Origin: Octopus bimaculoides
Taxonomy: Eukaryota
Assembly: GCF_001194135.2 (NCBI RefSeq)
Contig: NC_068991.1
Location: forward strand, 7,544,748 to 7,593,954
DNA length: 49,207 nucleotides
Direction: 5' to 3'
Position numbers and translations under genes: made by a program. Positions 1 through 12,138 of the stretch are shown here, in pieces; position 1 is the first letter of the stretch; each line of letters opens with the position of its first letter. The notes under the pieces are model-generated. The model was not told the DNA's origin, made no database searches, and saw nothing but the letters and a program-made list of their open reading frames with translations.

Positions 1-544
1 CCCCCCCCCCTGCCACACACACACACACACACATTATCTACAAACATTAAAAAAAAATTTCTTTGTTACCGACAACCACAATCAATAAAATTCACTCTGA
101 ATGAACTAAATAGATGACATGTTTACATTACATCTTTTTTTTGAAAAAAACTGAATGTCTTGGAAAGAATAAGAACCAGGCAAATAGCATTAACAATTAC
201 ATATACCAAAATATGTGGCATATACAACAGGGACGGGGTGGAGGGGGCGGGGATAGAACAAAAACAAGAAACAAACAAAAACAAAAATAATGAAATATAA
301 TTTTTAATTATTTTTTTTTTAATGGTATTTTGCAATTTTCTGTAAATTTCTTTCATTGCTAGACTTTATGAATCAAAGACGATTCATCCGTGATCATCCC
401 TCTGAATCCTATTTATTTCACTTCATATGTGCAGCTTTGATTATTTGTTCTTTTAAACATTTTGAAATGTTAATATTTGCATTTGTGTTACTCATAGATT
501 TATTTATTATACACACTATCTGTGTGTGAAATTGCATATTTACT

Positions 545-577
545 CGTGCATACATCTACTTGCATATATACATACAT

Positions 578-628
<51 letters not shown>

Positions 629-655
629 CATATATATATATATACATATATGTAT

Positions 656-718
<63 letters not shown>

Positions 719-777
719 CATATACATACATTTGATACAAATACATAAATAAATGTTTATATATAGTGTGCATGTTT

Positions 778-815
<38 letters not shown>

Positions 816-1150
816 ACGTATGTGTGTGTGTGCACGTATGTGTGTGTGTGCACGTATGTATGTGTGTGTATGTATACATATATACATAGAAAATGCATTA
901 TGTATGTATATGTATGTGTACATATATATATGTATGTATATATATGTAGATATATATATTTATATATATATATATATATATCTAATATATATTATATATA
1001 TATACATATATTATAAATATACATACATAATATATGAATATATATATATATATATTTATACACATACATACACATACATACACATATACACATCTATACT
1101 GATGCATTCACACATACACATCTATACTGATACATTCACACATACATAAC
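545..1150. repeat. Compound (TA)n/(CA)n/(TG)n microsatellite block, representative of many in the window
   Basis: Directly visible dinucleotide repeats; they explain the low-complexity ORFs in the track. Confidence 0.97.
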
Positions 1151-1401
1151 AATGATCGTCTACAGTATATTTATTTATCAGTGGGTTGTCGATTAGTAAA
1201 CTGCAAGCTGGATTATAATTTTTTTTTTTTTTATTTGGTTTCTAAAAGTGAAATTGAGAAAAGAAAAAAAATATATATATATAAAATAAAGAAACAAACA
1301 AAAGAATGTCAATCAGTAAAAAAAATATCTTTGAAGGATAAATAAACATATATATAAATATATCTATATATATATANNNNNNNNNNNNNNNNATATATAT
1401 G

Positions 1402-1439
<38 letters not shown>

Positions 1440-3977
1440 AACACTTGTATTGCGTAAAAGTATAATATATAAATATATTAAAAAAAAATACAGTTTTTAT
1501 TTATGAATATTTTTTCATACTTGCCTTTGTTGAACAGCTGACAGAAAATTTGTTTATTCATGAATTAAGGAAGTTATGCTATGGTTCTCGTTAAGTAAAA
1601 GAAATAATCAGTTATTTCATAATGACATAATTATTTATCCCCAAAAAATAAATAAAAATGTTTATAATTATATAATTTTAGTGAAAAGTAAAGTGTGCAT
1701 AATTATAAATTAAAAGTGTTTTTAGAATAATTCAATTGACCAATCAATCAAACAAACAAACAACCAACCAACTTACTAACCAACCAATCAACCAATTGCT
1801 TTTGAATATAGAGAAATAATAATTGTTCACTTGGAACCAATGAAAGAATGGTCGAAATTACTCTGGAGAAGGTGAAGTGGTGAAAGTAATTTAATTTTTG
1901 CAAATAAATATAAACTCTTCAAAATCAGACAAAAACGAAAACTTTTATAACAATAAACTTTCTTTGGTATTAATCTTACTACTAAAACTATTCTAAGATG
2001 TTCAACTTCAATTGAAGGCAATTGAAATTAAGGCCTTGAAGGGATTTATGATTGCATATACATATAACTACATACATACATACATGCACACACACACACA
2101 CAAACATATATATTATATGCAAATATATATATATATGTATACACGCATGTGTATATATTTANNNNNNNNNNNNNNNNNNNNNNNNNNNNNNNNNNNNNNN
2201 NNNNNNNNNNNNNNNNNNNNNNNNNNNNNNNNNNNNNNNNNNNNNNNNNNNNNNNNNNNNNNNNNNNNNNNNNNNNNNNNNNNNNNNNNNNNNNNNNNNN
2301 NNNNNNNNNNNNNNNNNNNNNNNNNNNNNNNNNNNNNNNNNNNNNNNNNNNNNNNNNNNNNNNNNNNNNNNNNNNNNNNNNNNNNNNNNNNNNNNNNNNN
2401 NNNNNNNNNNNNNNNNNNNNNNNNNNNNNNNNNNNNNNNNNTATATATATATTAAAGGATTCAAAGCAGGAAAAATGTCAACTGTTTTTTTAGACTGCTC
2501 CCTTCATTAAAAGCTTTTGCATTTAACAAACTTATTATCATAAATTGCATTGTAAACGCTCTCTCTCTCTCTCTCTCTCTCCTAGTTGAAGTGATTTTAT
2601 TCAGCAAAAAATATACACCCAATTATGATATATAAAGCTTTTGATTAAAGTAATGAAATACAGGATATTGTATAGAGAATTTCAAGGTACCCTAGCAAAA
2701 ATATCTTAATTATAGTTTTCTGTATGAAATAATACCTTGAAAATATATTTCTCTGAAAATTGTTTTGTTATTTCTCAAAGAAAAAAAGAAAAAATCTACA
2801 AATCAGGAAAGAGATATTATTTTTTAATCTGAGAAAATAATCTGAATTATGTTTAGAAAGAAACAGTCATGCTTCTGTGTATGTGTGTGTATACATGAGT
2901 GTAAATGTGTGTGTATGAACGAGTGCATGTGTGCATGCATGTGTATGAGTGTACGTGCAAGCAATGTGCGCGAATGTGCTTGACAGATGAAAAAAAAAAA
3001 GGTTGAAGTTGCAGCCTCAACTGATAAAAGATATAAGATAGATTTTCAGGTATATCATAATTAGATATCAAATATCAAAAGCTCTTGGTTTCACAGAAAA
3101 AAAAAGCAAAAATAAAAAAGACAAAACAAAACAAAAAAAATGACATTGAAATATAGACATTGAAATTTTATGTTTGTGATCTTTACTTCGTTCATTTGAG
3201 ATCATCTAATGTTAGTAAAAAAAAAAATAAATAAATAAAAATAAAAATCTTAATGGAGCTATATAAGTTTGAGTGAAAAAGATGAAGAAAAGAAAACATG
3301 AATCTCAACTATTTATTAATACTTGTGAGCATTCCAAGGTGAAATAAAAATTATTTCTTTGCATTTTAATTCTTTTCTCCTTTTTTTAAAAAATAAATTT
3401 TGTTGAGATTTAAAAGAAATGAAAAAAAAAATAATAATAAACGAAAATTGTTGGTATTTGAAATTTGTTATATATTTACATTATTAGTTTCTGGAAAATA
3501 AAAAAAAAAATACATGAAACAATTGAAACTGTGTAAGAGTTTTGATTCCACAAAATGGCTTCTTTTTTAAAATGCATACTTGTCTTTCTTAAATGGTGAT
3601 TGGACCAATCTATTGGCATTTCATTCTTGTGTCCGAAACAACAGAATAACTGATCTCTCCCAAAATGTCTGTCGATATTCAGATCTGTTTACCTACCTAC
3701 CTATCCATCTATCTATCTATCTATTTACCTGTGTGTCTGTCTGCCTCTCTCTCTCTCTAAGGAGTAATTAACAGTCGACAACTGAGGAGGGGTTAGACTT
3801 CTTATGGTATTTTGTCCAGTACTTGTCTCTCATTATGTGTTTACTTATTTTTCACTCATTGGCGATGTCATGCTCTTATTGTATATTTTTTGGTGCTTTG
3901 TCTTGCACTTATGTCTCATGTGTTCATGTATTTTTCACTTGTTGGAAATGTCCTGTACTTGATGTATTTTATATTTA

Positions 3978-4005
<28 letters not shown>

Positions 4006-4009
<4 letters not shown>

Positions 4010-4600
4010 AGCTATGGACACACAAGAGGTGCAGTGGAATAATAGGAAGATTAGAGAAAGTAATTTTCATATGTCGAAGATGCACAGGAGCCATAAAAAC
4101 TACAGTTACTCAAGAATTTGATTTTCTCAAATGCCCTGGAGGCGCTTTAGAGGTAGTGGACAATTTCTGCTACCTAGGGGACCAAATTAGTTGTAGGGGA
4201 GTATGTATGGAGAGTGTAATGGCTAAAATAAGAATAGAATGGAGGAAATTCAGAGAGCTTTTACCTCTGTTGGCAACCGAAAGTTTCTCTCTCTGAATGA
4301 AAGGAAGATTTTATGATGCATGTATGCAAACAGCAATTCTACATGGTAGTGAGACATGGACCCTGAATGCAGGGACATACGAAGGCTTTAGAGGAATGAG
4401 ACTAGAATTTTCCACATGGTGTGTGATGTTAGTGTACATGTGCAATAGAATGCTAGTGTAGTGAGAGAGAAGTTAGGCATAAGGATATAAGAGGAATTAG
4501 ATGCAGTGTGCAAGAGATAAGACTGCACTGGTTTGGTAATGTGATGCAGGTGGATGCTGACAGCTCCATAAAGAAATGTCAACCTCTAAAAGTGGATGTC
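4006..4600 (+). mobile_element. Non-LTR retrotransposon (RTE-like LINE) C-terminal fragment with stops and frameshifts
   Basis: CKLWTHKRCSGI..CRRCTG..VVDNFCYLGDQI..IRIEWRKFRELLPLL..KGRFYDACMQTAILHGSETW..LHWFGNVM. Confidence 0.85.
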
Positions 4601-5283
4601 ACTTGCACTGGAAACATTCCCAAAGACCATCGCATTTTGGGAGAACTTGTTTTCACATGTGGAACATTACATGGATTGTAGGCAAGCCACATGTTGATCT
4701 GGGTGTTATGCAACTGGTCCTGACAGAAGTTCTTTTCATTTGAGAAGAACTAGATCATCCCTTGCTCAGCAGGATGCCTCGTCTTGTTCACAAGCTTCTT
4801 TGCTTTCCTCAAGCAGTTCTCTTTGTCCATTGCACTTCTTCTACAAATGATAATGAAGGTCTTCATTCAGGGTCAGTTCCATGGTGATGATTCCAACACT
4901 CATCTCTTTCAGCAGAGCCCAGATTCCCTTGCTTGGATCTTCCATCACCTTGTCCTGCAGTGAATTCCAGTATGTGGATACAAGTTAGAATGCCTGCTGT
5001 GTCTCTTCCTGCTGGCCATGTCTTTGATGGCTCCGTTGCAGCAATCCATGTCACGCCTTACAGTGGTGATGTTTGCATTCTGATACCTGGTGTGAATCCT
5101 CAAGATACAGCTAAATCTTCTCCAATATTCAGAAGGCTTCCAGTCCTCCATGCCAACTAAAATTTTCTCAACTACAACTTTAATCTTTATGCTCCCCAAT
5201 GCCATCGACTGTCCACCAATTGAATCAAGCTGTTCCTGAAAAAAAGGCGACATCAAAAATCGTCAAATTTAGCCCAAACACCT
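4596..5283 (-). mobile_element. Tc1/mariner (maT/DD37D-like) transposase fossil, 5' portion
   Basis: ENCLRKAKKLVNKTRHPAEQGMI*FFSNEKNFCQDQLHNTQINMWLAYNP..MVFGNVSS resembles the WFFSDEKxF first catalytic motif. The left end is TA-GGTGTTTGGG-like. Confidence 0.75.
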
Positions 5284-5662
5284 AAACACACACACATGCA
5301 CATCATTAGTAAATCATAAATCTAAAAGTATATTCTAAGTTATAGACCAGCCATTAGAGTCTGATGAGACGTGTGTAAAGCTAAACACTTTATGGATGTG
5401 AAACCCTATGAACCAGCAATAACTAACATTCTCTAAATATATATATATTCTTTTATTCTTTTACTTGTTTCAGTCATTTGACTGTGGCCATGCTGGTGCC
5501 CTGCCTTTAGTTGAGCAAATCAACCCCAGGACTTATTCTTTGTAAGCCTAGTACTTATTCTATCGGTCACATTTGCCAAACCGCTAAGTTACGGGGACGT
5601 AAACACACCAGCATCAGTTGTCAAGCGATGTTGGGGGGACAAACACAGACACACAAACATAT

Positions 5663-5708
<46 letters not shown>

Positions 5709-6779
5709 GGCTTCTTTCAGTTTCTGTCTACCAAATCCACTCACAAGGCTTTTGGTCGACCCGAGGCTCTATATATATATATATACAAACACACGCACAC
5801 ATATAACAATACATAAACACACATATATGTGTGTACACACATATGCACACACACACACACATCAGCAGCCACAGGATCATTTAATGTCCCTTTTCCATAC
5901 TGGCATGGATTGGACAGTTCAACAGGAACATGATGAAGCAAAAAGACTGTACCAAGCTTCATAGTCTGTTTTGACATGGCCTCTACAGCTAGATGCTCTT
6001 CTAAATGTCAACCTCTGTACAGAAAGTACTGAGTACTTTTTACACTGCACCAACATCAGTGAAGTTACCAGGTAACTGGCAAACCCAGACAAGGTTGTTG
6101 TACTGAGAGGGAAGTGGGTTTGTGCCAAGTGATGACAGGTAAAACAATGATACAGGAACAAGAGTGTTGCAGTACGAGAGATACATGGTTAGTTCAGGTG
6201 GAAAAGAGAAATGGTGATGAAGATGTATCTGAGAGCATAACTCAAATTACAGGAAAGTAATTATAACAGAAGTGGTACAGAGGATCGAATGTGTGTGTAT
6301 GTGTGTGTGTGAGAGAGAGAGAGAGAGATTGTGTGTGTATTTTTAGATCATTGATCAATATATCAGAAATTCCTGATTATGGCATATAACTACTCAGAAT
6401 GATTCACTTGGATTATTGCATTTAGAAATACTGATGACTCTTCAGACATAGCTTCTGTTATGCTGAAGTATACATAGACCTTGGCAGGCTCATGCTGATA
6501 AAAACAGCCAAAATGAAACAGTGAAAAATTATAACGTTTTTCTAGAAGAAAAGAGCAGTAGCTTCTTTTGGATGGATGTTTTCCATGGTTGACCTGTGTC
6601 AGTTGTGTGTGTACACATGTATGTTGTGTTCTCTGTCATGCATAGCAGGTTGGCACTGTCGTATTCTATTAGTCCTGGATGTTGTCAAATGACTGACTAT
6701 GGAAGCATCTAGAGTGGCACACCAACAGAAGGCTGCATCAATTAAGGGATCTTGATTATGATGATGATACATGTATAAA

Positions 6780-7035
6780 GTAAAGGTAGTTACCTTCGCG
6801 AGTCATGCTGACTCTTAAGGGCTGGCTTCCCAGTTGCCATGGCATATAAATTCCCTACCTGGACAGGACGCCAGTCTGTCACAGGATTTCTCATTTTTGC
6901 CAGCTGAATGGACAGGAGCAAAGTAAAATGAAGTGTTTTGCTTAAGAACACAACACACTGCCTGGTCCAGGAATTGAAACCACAATCTTATGATCATGAA
7001 TCTAACACTTTAATCGCTAAGCCACACACTTTCAC
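6780..7035 (-). mobile_element. tRNA-derived SINE, degenerate
   Basis: Reverse-strand tRNA-like head (GGCTTAGCGATTAAAGTG..GGTTTCAATTCC) followed by GTGTTGTGTTCTTAAGCAAAACACTT. Confidence 0.6.
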
Positions 7036-7099
7036 ATGATACATGTATGTTGCTGCCTCGTTCAGAAATGGGCATAACTACATTGCCAAGATGATTTTG

Positions 7100-7290
7100 A
7101 ATGTTCTACAAAGAAGAAGTTATGTCATCCTACAACAAAGGCATGGCACACATACAGAAATATGTTGGAGCAATAGTGGATCCTTTTAAAGCGAGGCTTA
7201 ATAATAAAAAATCCTCATTTAGAATCAAAGAGAGGTGCAATGTTGCATTAGACAATTATATTTGGCAATCAGAAAATCTTCAATGAAAAG
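7100..7290 (+). mobile_element. Degenerate Penelope-like GIY-YIG endonuclease fragment
   Basis: QKYVGAIVDPFKARLNNKKSSFRIKERCNVALDNYIWQSE resembles the PLE motif YIG.t...FK.R..nHkssF....t.Ls.yiW.lk. Confidence 0.6.
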
Positions 7291-8054
7291 TTTTGCCTTG
7301 CTTCAAACAAACATTCAAAATCTGAACATTTTCATGGACTAAACATAATTATGCATGAAGAAGCACTTTTCACAAATACATCTATAGACTGTCACCAAAA
7401 AATAAGCACAGGAGAGGCTGTGTGGTAAGAAGCTTGCTTCCCAACCACGTGGTTCCGGGTTCTTTTACTACAGCCTTGGGGCGACCAAAGCCTTGTGAGT
7501 GGATTTGGTAGATGGAAACTGAAAGAAGCCTGTCATATGTCTGTGTGTGTGTGTGTATCAGTTTGTCCCCCCACCATTGCTTGACAATTGATGCATGGCT
7601 GCAGTCAAATGACTGAAACAAGTAAAAGAATAAAAGAATAATCTGCTGGGAGCTCAGTTGCTGGATTCTGTGGATTTTTGTAATAAGAAACACTGCCAGG
7701 ATGTTGACAGACTGGAAGGGACCACTGCTCGAAACTTTGATGAGAATGAAATGATATTCTGTGATATACATGTGGAACATTCTCAAATGTCTTGCTCTAG
7801 ATTTTGGTATCCAATAGAAAGTGAACAAATAGGATAGGAGATATTGTCAGTTCCAGCATCTTTTACCTCAAATTCTTTCATCAGGAAACTACAGAGCAAC
7901 ATCTTGGCATTAAAAGACATACAATTAGATAAATGCCTTTTAAAACACAGCAAGAGATATTTGTAAGTAAAATTTCAATATATATATATACTATATAACA
8001 ATATGATACAAGTGGACAATGTCTGTAGGGGATATGGGTATATGAGATATTCCT

Positions 8055-8420
8055 TTACTCTTTTACTTGTTTCAGTCATTTGATTGCGGCCATGCTGGGG
8101 CACCACCTTTAGTCAAGCAATTCGACCCCAGGACTTATTCTTTGTAAGCCTAGTACTTATTCTATCGGTCTCTTTTGCCGAACCGCTACGTTATGGGGAC
8201 GTAAACACACCAGCATCGGTTGTCAAGTGATGTTGGGGAGACAAACACAGACACAAACATATATATACATATACATATATATACATATACATATATACGA
8301 TGGGCTTCTTTCAGTCGGCCCGAGGCTATAGCAGAAGAGACTTGCCCAATGTGCCACGCAGTGGGAATGAATCCAGGACCATGTGGTTGGTAAGCAAGGT
8401 ACTTACCACACAGCCACTCC
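8055..8420 (-). mobile_element. SINE copy (same family as 28558-28975)
   Basis: Reverse complement of the family head and tail. Confidence 0.85.
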
Positions 8421-8879
8421 TGCATCTGGGAAAGTTTTCCTATTTTGTGTACATGCATAATGATCAACAAGTAAGATATGGGTTTTATTTGTGGAGTTGT
8501 GACTTATTTTGGTGATATTTATGATAAGACGACTAATCTGAATTTGCAAATATAAGGAAACGAAACTGCAGTCTGTGTGATATTTCTATTCTTATTAATC
8601 ATATTTACATGTAATCATAATTATTTCTGTTTTATTCAGTTAAATAAAAATCTAGCTTGATAACTAAAATAATAAAACTTCTTACATCCATATTAAATTC
8701 AATTATACAGCCACTCTCTTTCATTATAGCGTAAGGGCAAAATTTCGAGGAGCATTCAAGTGTTTTAGCTGTGTGTATGTTGGGGATGGGTGACTTGCGA
8801 AAAAATACGGGAAGCATTGTATTAGATCTTAATAATAACGTTTCATTTTGTTTAGTAGCAGAATTATTTTGTAGATGCA

Positions 8880-9240
8880 ACACACTCAAAATGCACAACA
8901 GTTGCAACGTATTTGATTATATCTAAAAATATCCCCAAACAAGCTGGCCGCAGTACGGTATCTTGCTAAAACAATTCCCCCGCAGCCGCAGGAAAAATTG
9001 ATATCAATTACAGTTATAATCAGAAGTCGCTAGATTTTATACTAAGTCTATGATTTGCAATGTGTCAATTGCAGAGAATCATTATCTCACTTCGCTGCTT
9101 TTACCTATCGACTTGCCTGAAGTGGACTATTTTTTATGCTGAAACTATTTTAAGATTCACCGTGTAAACACGCATGCGTAATAATCGTTCAAAACAAACA
9201 AAAACCGGGAAGTTTAATGTATTTTTTAATTTCCTCCGAT
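8880..9240. promoter_or_regulatory. Candidate CpG-retaining promoter for SLX4 (possibly bidirectional)
   Basis: Local CpG enrichment in non-repeat DNA against a CpG-depleted background. Palindrome ACGCATGCGT (NRF1-like) at 9170-9179 and CGGGAAGT (ETS/E2F-like) at 9206-9213. Confidence 0.45.
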
Positions 9241-9959
9241 TATGTTTTTTTATTAATATCATCTTTTTTTAAAAACATATCTCAACTGAAGATCTTATCT
9301 AGATCCGAATAGCAAGCATAATGTACCAGTATATTGATATCAGAAAGAATAACAGACCAGTATATTCCTATCACAAACAGAGATCAAGAGGAAAACTCCT
9401 TCTTTGACGTATGCATTTCCTTATCGTTATTAACATTCTAAGTAATTGTACTTCAATACAATCAGTACAATTTAAGTAATCGTCATGTTCAGGAATTAGC
9501 GATTTCTGGCCACCGACAGTTGCTTTTATCGAATGTGATATCTAAAAACAAATTAAACAAAACAAAAACAAAAAAAAACTACCAAGGATTTCATTCAATT
9601 GTAAGTTAACTCCTTTTATTCTGAATGTAAGGTTATGTCCGTTAGGAATGTTTTTACAAACAATAAATTCATTAGAGAAAAGTGACTAATGATGTTTATG
9701 GTTAAATGGTTATTGTGCAACCCCGTTCGTCCTTGTTTCACTTTATATACAGGATTTTCAGTTCATACGATAACCACGTGCATAAATTTCACAGAAACAT
9801 TCAAGATTTCTTATCATTTGTCTAAGGCCGTTCTCTCAATGTTTTCAACCCAAATAATGATTAGACGCATAAAAATAAATATATTTTATTTGCATCTGCT
9901 TTTACGTTGTCATCCTACACATTATGACAAACCCAAACAGCAAACAACCTCTTCTGGGT

Positions 9960-10125
9960 GTCTACATTCTTGATAAAATTCGGGATCAAGATGTTAACAT
10001 GGGTCCTCTTCTTTCTACTTGGTGGTTGGAGTTTTTGGCTAATCATCGAAATGTATCTTTGTTGTGTCTTTTCCATAAGTATTTTCATGGTCATTGCTCT
10101 AATGAACCTTCTATTCCCCTTTTTA
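9960..10125 (+). mobile_element. CR1/Jockey-group LINE RT C-terminal fossil
   Basis: LDKIRDQDVNMGPLLS..LANHRNVSLLCLFHKYFHGHCSNE resembles the LshRRnVasLsLfYkY..g.CS.EL motif. Confidence 0.6.
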
Positions 10126-11759
10126 TACCTGCTGCTACGCTCCAGCAGGCTGCCCAGCAAGTTGTCACGTGACACTGTCTAAATTTCCCGCTGCTAGGGT
10201 CCAGTAGGCAGCCTGAGCAGATTGTCACATGACACTGTTGATATTCTGTTCTTTGAGCTTTCTTTTGAATTTGTAGGCCTCTTCTTTTCCCTCTTACAGT
10301 GGCCTCAAGCCTTGTTTGGGACAAAATCGTATTAAAAAGCAAAACAAAGCAATTTCAAAAATCTTTTGAGATTATTGCAAGATGACACTAGAGCAGAGAA
10401 CAAAGCAGTGTTAGGAAATTAAAATTAATTGCAGAGCTTTGATTAAAGAAGCTATTGCAGTATGCTCAAAAGAAGGAACTCTAGAATATGAATTTATCGA
10501 AAGTACTTGGAAACAGGTGAAGGTTGGTGACAGGAAAGGCATCCAGTCGTAGAAACTGGTTCAACAAATACTGTCCAACCTTTGCAAGTATGGAAGAGTG
10601 GATACTAAAATGATGATGATAATGATGTAAGATATTGTTATTTCATACAGTATGTACACAGCACAACAAGATCCAGGTATATAGTAAAAAAGGGAAACTC
10701 TTCATTTTCAGAAATCTTGAAATTTCTCAAGAGGAAGGATTAGTGGATGATGTATGAATAATGACAGCATTAGGTAAAGATCATTTCAAATGTAAAACTT
10801 CCAGAATGAAGAGATAAAATAATGTTTTATCTCTGCAACAAAGGTCTTTTTCTTTTTAAGCATTGTTCTGAAAATCTGTTCAAGTAAAGAAAGTACCACT
10901 AGACCTCAACGTAAACACAAACATCCAGTTGATTCTAAAACTATTTCATACTTCATGCAAAAATTTATATAAAAAAAAATTATTATTGAATCAATTAATA
11001 CCAAGAAACTAAAAAGTAAGTCATGCATGCTAACATAAGGATTACGTATAAACAAAATGAAGAATTAGCATTCAGAACAGCTTCACTTCAGACAATATGA
11101 AACTCAGAAGTTTGTGGTGCTTCTTTGTTTCCAGTGTCTTATGAAAATGGAAGTAGCCCTGTGAATAGGAGATGTTATCCAGGTCAAAAGGTGAATTCAA
11201 ATGATTTAATAGATCTACTCTCTTTAAGTAATTATTCTTACAAACTCTCGTTAACTTTCCTCTGTGACACTGACGCCACTGATTTAAGCCTTTAGCATTT
11301 AACCCAGCCATATCTGGCCCTAATATGCCACCCATTTTATGTTCTAACCAGCCAGATCCAGCCTATCACACCTACCATTCAATGCCATTATAGAATATTA
11401 GCAGAAAGACTGCCCTCCAGGCGCATATTCTTTTGGACACTCCATGTTGAATTGCAAAATTCTAATGTGATATTTGTGTAATAAAGAAATCAAACCAGAA
11501 ATGCCATTAGAACAGCAAAAGTATTGGGAAAGTTACTGTTTGTTGATAAACTTTTTTGCTTTTTAAATGCAATTTACCCAATATTTCTGCTGTTCCTTGT
11601 GGCATTTCTGCGTTCGAAAATAAATTATCATTTTATTTGTATCTTACACACGTTTTGATGCTTATAAAAAGAAAAAATGTTAGTTTGTTTATATATGTAT
11701 ATAAACACGTAGTTGTGCTTTTAGCTTTATAGCATCTAAATTTGCAGATTAATTTGTTC

Positions 11760-11832
11760 GGAGGCAGTTTAGCTTAATGATATAGCACTCAGCCAGTCAT
11801 TGAGGGATGTGGATTTGAGTCTCATGGCTGTT
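11760..11832 (+). pseudogene. tRNA-like remnant (SINE head or tRNA pseudogene)
   Basis: GGAGGCAGTTTAGCTTAATGATATAGCAC..GGATTTGAGTCTC has degenerate A and B boxes but no intact cloverleaf. Confidence 0.4.
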
Positions 11833-12138
11833 TGTTGACAAATTTTTCCATTTATAAAGAGTAATTTACCCAATATTTCTGCTGTTCTAACAGCAAGTTT
11901 GCATTTGAAAGTAAATTATCGTCTTTATTTGTATCTTACAATACACATTTCGACGCTTATAAAAAAAAAACAAATGTAAGTTTGTTTAAATTTATGAATA
12001 TGTAGTTTTTTGTTCAGTTTTTTTTTTTTTCTGAATTTCTTTTTCCCTTATTTAAAAAATTTTAATGACATCTTGCTTTTATTCATTTTTTTTTTTTTTT
12101 CTTGCAGCTCCTTTTTTTCATTTCTTTTCATTTTAACC

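Noticed and set aside
340-400. Possible terminal exon on + (polypyrimidine-TAG then LYESKTIHP*)
   Set aside because: It is too short, has no recognisable homology, and no upstream exon is identifiable in the window.
500-1149. Multiple 60-130-aa ORFs rich in Y/I/H/T/C/V, here and at other microsatellites
   Set aside because: They are translations of (TA)n, (CA)n and (TG)n repeats.
3580-3684. Possible 105-nt exon on - (DLNIDRHFGRDQLFCCFGH..)
   Set aside because: The acceptor lacks a polypyrimidine tract (it follows a GTAG microsatellite) and no homology is recognised.
12010-12138. ORF-track N-terminal extension of SLX4 (MFSFFFFLNF..)
   Set aside because: It is a translation of the intronic polypyrimidine tract and acceptor. 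The first ATG in good context is at 12139.
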